The translations under genes and the position numbers were made by a program. A DNA stretch of 64,000 nucleotides, from NCBI GenBank assembly GCA_965655095.1, contig OZ296649.1, positions 65,286,001 to 65,350,000 on the forward strand, in the 5' to 3' direction. Source of the DNA: Haplodiscus bocki (lineage: Eukaryota). Below the pieces are notes generated by a model, which had not been told where the DNA came from, ran no database searches, and saw only the letters and a list, made by a program, of their open reading frames with translations. Positions 1-9,409 of the stretch are shown here, in pieces. The stretch's first letter is position 1, and each line of letters begins with the position of its first letter.

Positions 1-2420
1 TGAAGAAACCAGAGTGTATCTCCAGTATCATTGATCAGAGGAGGAGGTGAGCAACCATGTTCATTGTTTGGTTGAGCCAAAGCGTAGCACTGAAGAAATT
101 TCACATTACTCAAAAGTTATTGTTCGTTTTTGTCCATTACTTTCGTCAATCGAATGCAGGTGTCAAGATCTACGCCGACATACTGCGGCATTTTTTCCTT
201 TTTCGGCCGATATTGAGAGAGATCAGTGGCGACATCTTCAATCAATTTACCTTGAACAACCCATTGTCTAATTAAAATTGGGATATCTGACCTGAAAAAC
301 ATGGCGGTTCCTTCAGCCTGGAACAAACGATTGCTAGTGATGTTCCAACGCCGTTTACGTCTCAACGAAACAGTACTCATACCACTATAAGACCCAACGC
401 TCCGAAACAGTTGATAGGTGTGGCTAGCATAATTAGCCTTCAAGCTACTCACACACGACAATGAAGGTGATACAATGGCTAATCGTTCCTCAAACAAAGT
501 TGGAATTCGTCCCAGCTCCGGATGCCTGGGGGGATGCAAGAACTGTAACGCACATCCCCTGTCATGCGCAGAACAAGTTTGCACAACCAAACCTTCTTTC
601 TCATGTAACCGCAATGTGGCAGCCACTAGAAACGTCTTTAAGCACATCAAAGGGCGCAAAAAGTCGAGTCTAGCGCCTCTGAGTTTTTTGAATGCAGACG
701 CTTGGAATGACGTGAAAGTTCTGTCTATTATGTTTACAAAATGCTGCGCTGGTATGTAGCCAGGATCTTCGATAAACGTCCAACAACCAAAAGGGCAACG
801 TATGTTTGGATACGGTTCCAAGTCCAAAGCTTCAGCCATTTCTTTTTGTCTCATTGTTGTCATTAGTTGCTCGAAACGTTTCAGTCTCTGTGTTCCATCA
901 ACAGTACAAGTGCCAAAAATACGCCGCCGATTCAAAACACGCTGGATGCAGATAGGGAAAAGGGTAATTACCCCTAGCCAATGTTGCCTTATTTCCAGGG
1001 GTAACAGCGAGCAAATAGCGACTAAACAAGCTTCTGGCTTGGAAGTATCAGAAAGGAGCGTGAAAAAAACAGCTGGCCAAGCCATTTGCCAGTTAATTTT
1101 TGGTGCAGTACAATAGTCATAACAGAAACAACACAGATGTACGTTATCGTTTTTCAGCTTCCTGCCGAACTTTCTATTAACCAATCCAGCTTTGCTGTAG
1201 GCCTTAATGTCGAACGGAAAATATACCGTGGCTTGACGCATGCACTTGCAACAAATGTTGGCAGCATCGACAGTATCTGTCACAACCAATTTTGACTCAG
1301 TTTTAACGGTTGATTCTTCAGTCAATTCCGATGATGGAACAAAATTTTCAGTTATTTTCAGTAAAATCTCATCAGTCAACTCGCCTCCAGGCAATCTGTG
1401 AAACTGATCTTGTCGATGTTCCACAGCAGTTGGAGGACGGCCTCTACTTCGCGTTGTAGTATTTTCTCCATCACAAAGAGCTTCTGCCAAACAAAAAGAT
1501 GTCACAGCTGTATTAGTTTCTCTATCGTCGATCAAATATGTGGCGACTGGATATTCTGAAGACCGTCTGCGCTTCTGCAACGGCTCGGTTTCATCAAGTG
1601 CTGCAAGCGCTGTCTGGATTACGTGGCAGTGAGTATTCATTGCTGAATTTGCACATTGACTACTCGAACCAGCAACATCTTCTGATAGGAGTGATGAAGT
1701 GTGGTATGTTTCGGTCAAGCCACTAATTACCTCAAAGTGATCTCCAGTTCGCGTTTGTTGAATGAAAACGCCTTGTCTGTCATTTGAGCAGTCGCATTTG
1801 TAAACGAACCAATTTTTCAAAAGACTGTGGTATACATAAACGTCCAATTTAAAAATTTGACAGAAGGTATATATTTCAGCACAAGTGCCAAAAACTCCAT
1901 TTTCTGCCATTTGCGATGTCTGCAGGTAGTGGTTGACAGTTGGACTGGTGAGAAGTTTGTTCTGGTTGGGGAACTCAGCGGAATAGATAGAAGTTTGCAA
2001 ACTGTTTTCCGGAAAGGTTACCGAGTCCATGTTACTCACAATATGTTTCCTCAATTCATGACCACTTTCATGAGAGAAACCGATAGCTACGCCCAGGGCA
2101 GTGAAAAGACAATTACCATCACCCGTTATTTTAAGACTCTGCGAGGGTTGAACAGAAGTGAGGCGAATGTTAGTTTTATTCACAATTATGCCGCTTGTTG
2201 GGGAACAGGATAGTCCCATCGCTTTCAACGTTGATTCTATGTGCAGGGTATCAACAGACGAGACCAGCAAATTACTATCAGCTATACTGTACAAAATTCC
2301 TAATGGTTCGCTGGTTGAAGAAACATTGTCAGTGGTATTTGGACAGGAGTGATTACGTTCACTGAAGCGTCCACATTTTGCACAGCGACGTCTTTTCAAA
2401 TCACTCTTGCCAGATGGCAT
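1..2420 (-). pseudogene. RepHel polyprotein N-terminal part (CCHC finger + OTU), copy A1, with premature stop
   Basis: ATG at 2420 (MPSGK..). GAA->TAA nonsense at 117-119 where A2 reads KNEQELL. The frame continues to the window edge. Confidence 0.85.
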
Positions 2421-2618
2421 TGCTCTTTCACAACAAACTTCGCTCAAAAGTTTATCAATAACTCATCTTTAATAGTGAATACAATGTACAGAGTAGGCGC
2501 CATTATAGAACCAACGTACAAAATGACATCGTTTTGCTCGGCTTTCAAACTGTTCAATTAACGGTAGCATCTAATTAATTCGAAAAAAGTAGTATCCAGA
2601 AAAATACATGCAATGTGG

Positions 2619-2656
2619 GCCTTGGTTTTGCGCAGTTAACGGAGCAAAACCAAGGC
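2619..2656. promoter_or_regulatory. 13-bp inverted repeat with 12-nt spacer upstream of RepHel (A1)
   Basis: GCCTTGGTTTTGC-N12-GCAAAACCAAGGC. Also at 35369-35406, 52319-52356 and, with 2 mismatches and a different spacer, 17767-17804. Regulatory role is inferred. Confidence 0.6.
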
Positions 2657-5600
2657 ATTCATCAGAGAATGAAAACAAACAGGTACTTACTTGGAGAGGC
2701 GGCGATGTAATGAGTGTTAATTGCGAATCTTGTGTTGTTTAAAAATCGTATTTAAGAAAATAATTTCCGTTCGCCCATACAAGTGGAACGCATCTCGATG
2801 TTACGGATTCCCGTAAATTAGTAGTGTACATGGCGAGTTCTGTCAAGTTTTTTTCCACAATCCTCAGTAAAAGAGACTACAATGCACATCACAATGGTTC
2901 TTAGAAACCAACAATGTTCAGTTGGAAAAACCAACTGAGAACGCATAAGTGTTGAGCGAATTCATACGGATTTCGAAAGGTGTTTGGGAAAACTGTGCAC
3001 TTTAGCAGGGCTGCAAGTTAACCTAAGAAGAGTAATCATGAAAAATGAGGAGGCAAGAAATGGAGAAAAAAAGTTTTCCGAGATCTTACTATTAATTCAG
3101 GCAAACTAAAATTATGCCCTATTCTTTATGACTGAAGTCTGACACGAGGTGAAAATTGACTCCACAGAAAAATATCATCACGTAGAAAACCCGAAATCCT
3201 AACAAATTAGAGAACTATGTTTAAAAGATTCTCACCATCTTGTTTTTCTCTTAGTAAAATCTTGGCTTCCAAAATCATTGCATGATACGGAAGTTATGGA
3301 AGCTGAGAAAACCAGGTGATTCAATTGAGAAAACAACTGCTTGGAGCAGAGGTTGATCAATAAAAATTCAATCAAAAATATCGACAGCGTTTATGTAAAT
3401 GCTAAAAATGAAACATTCAAGTTGATTATTGTACAAAGCAGATGGGATTTTTGACAGTTGAAACAAGAAACAGCAAGAGGCCCTCTTTTTCCCCCGCGAA
3501 AAAACACGTTAACAATTTTACCTTGTCAAAGTTTCATTGGAACACCTGAAGAATGTAAACTTTCAGTATTTGCCGAAATTTATTAAAATTGTCGTCAAAC
3601 AGAAGTCGTTTTCTTATAAGTGCGTCACAAAGTTGATCCACAGTCCCATGCGTGGTACTTCCACGCCACAGATAACACACAGTTTGCTATGAATGTTGAG
3701 GCAGTACTTTCCACCAAAAAGTATTTTCCACTAGCAAGGCTTTTCGCTAACATCTGCACAAAACGCGTCCGAATCCAGACAGTGTTGTCGGAAAAGGCAA
3801 TTTTTTGCGGTCAAAACTATTGATAATATGATCTGAATTACGGTCATTCGATCTTGAATTTCGCTCCAAAAATGGTAAAAACGATTGAGTGGTTGATCAC
3901 ATGGAAGATGAAACGAAACTCACAGGCAACACAAACATGAAGATTTTTCAATAGCAGCAACAACACGATGAAATGACGCACACACTGTCAAGTTTGTCAG
4001 AAACCTATAGGTAATGTAATTCTGCGAACATGCACGTTAACACTCCGTAGCTTTTAGGCGGTAGAGGGGTAAAAAACTAATGAAAACATTTTCTCCGTAG
4101 CAAAACCATTAGCTTGCTCAACTCTGAGGAGCCCGTTGACACTGTTCGTTCAATGCCAATCATCTTTGGAATCCATCGGTATAAATTTAAAGTTACGATT
4201 ATGTTGTACACTTTTCAATTTTTCTTACGCCTCTCATGCTCCATCAGCCACATTAGCAATTCATGTAGGATGATAACAGCGGAGTTCCCCTTTGGAATTC
4301 GGAAATTGTGGAAGAATACCCAGTACTCAGTCAACGATTCTTACAAATATTATCCATCATTCTTCGTTCAGGAAAACGTCAGTTAAAAAAATTACCCGAA
4401 ACAATTAGCTCAATTTATCGACAGAAGCCACACGATGTTGACCATAGTCAGTTGAGACTTCAGTGAGCCACGATTCACAAGAGGAAAACTTCAAACGATC
4501 GAATGACATAAGAAAAGTGTCTACTTCAGAGGGTTCAAATGAGGGATGGGAAATTGGCAAAGTCTAGTTGACGCTAAAGAAATTATGATTTCACATCAAA
4601 ACGCTTTATACAAAAACTAACTTCGGCAATAGTTGAGAGGAATAACACTTTGCTATATTTCGCACGTCCGCGGATAATTTTTTTGACAACGAGAAGCATT
4701 ATTTCACAGAAAAATCAAAACTTACTTTGAAAAAAGTTCGAAACTCCCATATGTAGGCTTCAGAACCAACCAAATATATTCTTGCGAAAAACTCAGGTAA
4801 AAGAATTCGTGAAACGCGACAATTTTTGAACGGTCTGTAGAACAATAAAATCTTCAAAATCGGAAACACCCAACAACGACATCAAGAGTAAATAAGCATC
4901 GTTTCAACTGTACACATTACCTCCACATATTGTTGGAGTTGCTTACACTAACCACATTTCATGTTGGCAAAAGCTCAAAAAGTAGATAATCGAAGTACTG
5001 CTTTCAAGAGTTCAAAAATGAAAGGCACATATTTAATCGACTATCAGTACTGATCCGCCATGAAGTTGGCCTTTATCTTGTCATAATTTATGGTTGAAGA
5101 TTATTTGGTGAAGCCAACTGTCTCAATTCAATGATGATTATGACTATTAACTTTTCTCATCTTTTTGTTTTCCAAAAGCATCCAACGTTCTATATATGTA
5201 TTTGGACGACGCATGAATAATATTGTTACATAGTGGATGAAATGTCATGGCGCAGAACTTCCTATTCATAAATTTTCTAGTACAGAACGCCTAACTGTAC
5301 ATTTTCATGTTTTGAAAAATTCAACTGATGTGAAATAGCACACAACACTTATATTGTTCCTCTGAAGCACAAAGGAACGCAACGAGAACCATGAAGAATT
5401 GCTTCAAGTACATGACTCATTGCGCAACCAATAGATTTTTTTAAAAAAAGTGGATTAACTAAATGGAACGGAACTGTCCTGAAAACGTCCATTGTTATGG
5501 AAGCCGGTAACGGGTAGGTCTCCGGAGATATATTTCAATTCAGCAGCTGATAAAGTGGAAAATTTGTTACTTTACCGTTCTGAGCTGACTTCCGGAAAAA

Positions 5601-5901
5601 ATCGACCGGAAAGTACGTTTGCCATACTTCATTGCTGGTGTATGAACTTAAAAAAAACCAGAAAGATTACTATAGGTTTTGAGGAACATCCTCACATTTA
5701 CGGTGTGAGACGACCTCTGTACGTATCAGTTGCATCCGCATTGTGCGAGTTAATCTTCAGTCTGGAGAAAAGTATCGTAAAAAAAAGAACAAACAACAGT
5801 TTCCAATTATATAAACAAAAATTTAGATTCCGAACCAATCACCAGAATTGATACAGAAATAGAAAACTGAAGGCAAAAAAATCCCGCCCTCTAGTAATTT
5901 G

Positions 5902-5926
5902 CACCGTTGCCTCCACTGGGTGGTCA
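5902..5926. repeat. Junction motif J1 (A1|B)
   Basis: CACCGTTGCCTCCACTGGGTGGTCA. The left flank equals that of J4 while the right flank is a different subfamily. Confidence 0.9.
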
Positions 5927-6497
5927 GGGGTTTTTGCCCCATATCAGGCCTTTGCGAGGCGGGGGAGGGGCCCCTTTGCCGAGCCGTTTTAGTAGTTAGT
6001 GTTTTACATCTGTGGAAACGGGGGTGTAGAAATAGCGATCTCAGCTCCCACCCATACGATTTGGTTCAAACTTTGTATGCAGGCATACTTTACAATTCTA
6101 AGAACAATGGTGCGGGTTAGATCATTCTAGCAAAAATGGTTGAGGAATTATGACGGGATGATTCTGTTTTTTGGCCCTTTTTTGCAGTTTTTAATCGACA
6201 GCCTTGCAACTAACCACATGCATTTGGCCGAAACTTTTTGTGTGAAGCACATAAACTGTGACCTATACGCATGCGAAAAATTTTCTGCCAACTCGTCATA
6301 GGTGTGGAGGTATGACGGATCAAAGTTGGAAAAAAATGCCGAAAATCGATCATTTCGTCATAGCTCCCACATTGAAGTACATAGTTTGCGCTCTGGAGCG
6401 GCTCCATTGTGAAATTGACTCCATAACTTGAAAGATAATTTTTTGACGATAAAAAATTTTTGGCCAAAGTGCCGAAACAAATGACGGTTATGACGAA
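5922..6497. repeat. ~570-bp 3'-subterminal block shared by all units (also ~20659-21227, 21713-22283, 38680-39247, 55627-56201)
   Basis: Alignable in all five units, from GAGGCGGGG..GCCGA through CAAACTTTG to ATGACGGTTATGACGA. Contains iterated (T)ATGACG motifs. Confidence 0.85.
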
Positions 6498-7549
6498 TTT
6501 TTCGAAAAAAAAATAAAAATCACAAAAAATCAAAATTTGCCGTAGAATTTGATTATGACACTTAAACAGGCGCATAGCGAACGTCGGCAGGAAAATTTAG
6601 CTTGCTATGTTTTGAAAGCAGCTGTTCCTTTAACAAACAAATTCAAGTTTGATGAGTTTCTGGGAAGGAAAACAGAATTTTTTTCCGAACGAATCAAAAT
6701 TTCACCCGCGAAAGTGTTTTAACTTTCTCAAAAAGTTTCGCACCATTGTTGTCAATTTGTAGGCAGTAGGTTCCCAGCTGTTACTTTGTGAAAACAACCT
6801 AAATGAAGCAAATGAACCTGTATAGACTTCAGAATAAAACTTCTCTAAAATTTCGTATAAAAGTTTGTTCCCATTCTTCTGTTGGAGAAAATTACAACAC
6901 TTTCTGCTTCTTTTCCTTTTCCCTGTTTTACAAAGCGTTCACTGTATCAAACGTCAAGCAACAAACTGAGAGAGTGCACTGAGCCCGATAAAAGAGCAAG
7001 ACATCGTTTCAAAGTTCAAAACGTTCGGTGATGAACGGATAGTAATGTTTAACATAACAAGAAAGAAGTTCATTGCATAAAATGAAAAGTTCACAACTTC
7101 TACACGAATCAACAATCCACATTCAAAAGCAACACGAATTAGCACAATGTTCTAAGCTACTGAAAGACATAAGTTTACAGAGAGAAGTCGTCGGCAGTTG
7201 CAAACTAATTTCCATTGTTCAACAACAACTAATTTGACATTAGTGTTCACAGTTCTACAAAAACCAACAATTAACCTTTAGGTACTGATAAGTACTGGAA
7301 AGTTAAACTTTATCATAAACAAGAGAATAGAAGCATAGGTTTCAAGATTGAAAAAAGCAGGAGAACAAACTTTGGTATGAAAGAACGAGGACAACATTAA
7401 TTTTTTTTTCCGAAACCTGTTACTTTGTGCATGTTTTTTTCAGCAACCACCTTGCGGTCGATTGCGAAAGGAGATGTTGGTTTTGAAAACCTGCAAGCAG
7501 TTCACGCGGTGGAGAAAGAACGGTCCTCTGAAGAGTAGGTCTAGATCAC

Positions 7550-8560
7550 CTATCGTACGTCGTTCGGATTGTTAGGAGCACCGACGTTAGCATTCGCATG
7601 CTGCAAAGCTGAGGGTTCATTGCCAATATTGGCGTTGCATGGCACAATGTTGTACTTCAAGTTAAAAGGCACTTCAACGGCAGGCGTAATTTCGCAAATG
7701 CGGGCACGTTGTACGTTTTGTGCAAGATTTTCGTCTGTGGATCCAGTTTTGTAAAATCCACGTACCTGCCACCCTCCATTCTCATTTACAAATTGGGACA
7801 CCTGGTTAACAGCATTCCGCAGTTGTTGTGAATTGATTGATGCATATGAAGTTCTAATAATAGCTTCGCTGCAAAACATTTTTGTCAGGTTAAGACTGTG
7901 TAATATTTCTCCCGTGAGGGAGTCTTCGTCTTCATTTTCGATGTCACGACTGATAATTCGGGCGCACATTACCCAAGCGGAAACAGGAGATTTCTGTATA
8001 CAGGGGCATACAGAGTCAATTCGATTTTCTCGTCTGTCACACATGAAGCCTGAGCAAGTTGGAGCCACAGCACTTGCTTGTAAGAAGGTGAGGGGTCTGT
8101 TTGGCAAGCAAAAGTGAAACATTGCTGTCGTTGATGAATGGAGATCTATGGGAATTGGCAACAATGGAATATTGTTAATCACGACTTCCAAAGGAAGAAA
8201 GACATGGAAAATGGGATTACTGCGATCATTGCCGCGAAAAGAGTTGGAGAACACAGGTTCTTTGACGTCCACAATTGACCCTACTGTTAACAGAGTGTCC
8301 CCGAACAAAAAATAGCTTTTCTGTGTAGACTCCGCAATCACAGCAAAGCATTCTTTCGAACTGATCTCGCCTAGTATGACTAATCGATCATAGCTGGTAT
8401 CGAGGGCACCTCTCTTGTTTTTGATATTCTGCGGTCTAAACAACTGCAAAGGTTTGTCATTTTTCTTAATAACTAGAACGATACCTCTGACGAACGTATT
8501 TTCGCTTCGACGCAAAAAAAATGTAGCTGTTACTTGGGAGGTGTTGACTTGAGTTGTCAT
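7550..8560 (-). CDS. Accessory protein of element B (336 aa), possible tandem OB-fold/Zn-ribbon ssDNA-binding protein
   Basis: Intact ATG-started ORF, full-length homolog of 23040-24053. Conserved C-x4-C...C-x-C cluster (PTCSGFMCDRR...CPC) and NGGWxVxGFYK. The fold is inferred. Confidence 0.8.
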   Translation of the reverse strand: MTTQVNTSQVTATFFLRRSENTFVRGIVLVIKKNDKPLQLFRPQNIKNKRGALDTSYDRLVILGEISSKECFAVIAESTQKSYFLFGDTLLTVGSIVDVKEPVFSNSFRGNDRSNPIFHVFLPLEVVINNIPLLPIPIDLHSSTTAMFHFCLPNRPLTFLQASAVAPTCSGFMCDRRENRIDSVCPCIQKSPVSAWVMCARIISRDIENEDEDSLTGEILHSLNLTKMFCSEAIIRTSYASINSQQLRNAVNQVSQFVNENGGWQVRGFYKTGSTDENLAQNVQRARICEITPAVEVPFNLKYNIVPCNANIGNEPSALQHANANVGAPNNPNDVR

Positions 8561-9409
8561 AGTCTGAAATCAAAAGTGGTTGAGGCTGCCTGAGAACTGA
8601 ACAATTGGAGTATTCAAAACCATGCTTTTTACTTTTTTTAAAGATTCTGTGAACGCAATTTCCGTTAAGGTTCCTTACAGTCAACAGGCAAGTATTTTCG
8701 GTTTCAAGCAATTAATACAATGAAATAGCGCTACTGCTTCAAGTAAAGCAACCTGTTTTTCAAAAAAAAGCATGACAATTCATCAATTATTCAGAGTTCT
8801 CAAGACTTCTTCATCATTAAGTTCAATTATAAAAATGTCATGTTACAATTACAGTCATCTTACGGTTCAACGCATCACGCTTTGTCGATCAGTAACATTT
8901 AAGGCCATAGAAAAAAAGGTGAGCAATGCATTCGAATACACCGTTATTAAATCGGTTTTTTCCGTCCACAGAACTTGTAGAAAGTTAAGGTTAATAAAAT
9001 ATATTTTCATTGCAGATGTTCCACAACTGAAGTTTAATACGTACTCAAAGCTACACAAAGCAAGAAAATTCAACTAATCAAAAATGCTGAACTAACTACA
9101 GGAACAAAAATTCTAAACTGTTCATCTGGTGCATATTATCGAGGGCACAGAAGGGGCAATACCAGCTGACATTTCAAAATGCGACAATCTACAGCCGTAG
9201 CAGTCAGTCGAGCCGAAAATTTTTCGTCAGTAGTCCTATGCTGAAATTCGCAACACTGTGCAGTCGATGCAAATATATACAAAAGATTGGAAGAGAACTC
9301 TGTCAACGCTTCACTATGCAGTCGAAGCAGTTGGGATCCAACGCGTACGCAGAAACATTGTGCATAACAGAAAATGGTTTCAACAGTTTTGTCAGAATGG
9401 ATATTGCGA

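Larger units (their letters stand above)
1..5921 (-). mobile_element. Helitron-like element, copy A1 (5' part; rest lies left of the window)
   Basis: Near-identical (~99% by eye) to 32751-38679 of copy A2. The identity stops exactly at the junction motif 5902-5926. Confidence 0.9.

Noticed and set aside
47-2561. Numerous 60-210 aa plus-strand ORFs overlapping RepHel and accessory genes, recurring in each copy
   Set aside because: Antisense shadows of the long minus-strand ORFs. They recur only because copies are near-identical.
5588-5614. Imperfect inverted repeat ACTTCCGG...CCGGAAAGT
   Set aside because: Pairing is not preserved in B, and it is weakened in C.
5492-5851. Small ORFs in the 5' region (5492-5851, 4114-4386, 3620-3823 and their copies)
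   Set aside because: Non-ATG starts, and frames are broken in C and B, so there is no consistent coding frame.
5902-6497. Reading the ~570-bp shared block as an LTR or as a host target repeat
   Set aside because: No reverse transcriptase or integrase, no TG..CA ends or TSD, and block type tracks the unit to its right. It is the element's 3' end.
7448-7461. 14-bp CACCTTGCGGTCGA shared by B (7448) and A2/C (26408, 43337)
   Set aside because: Non-equivalent positions, and about one such match is expected by chance between ~15-kb sequences.
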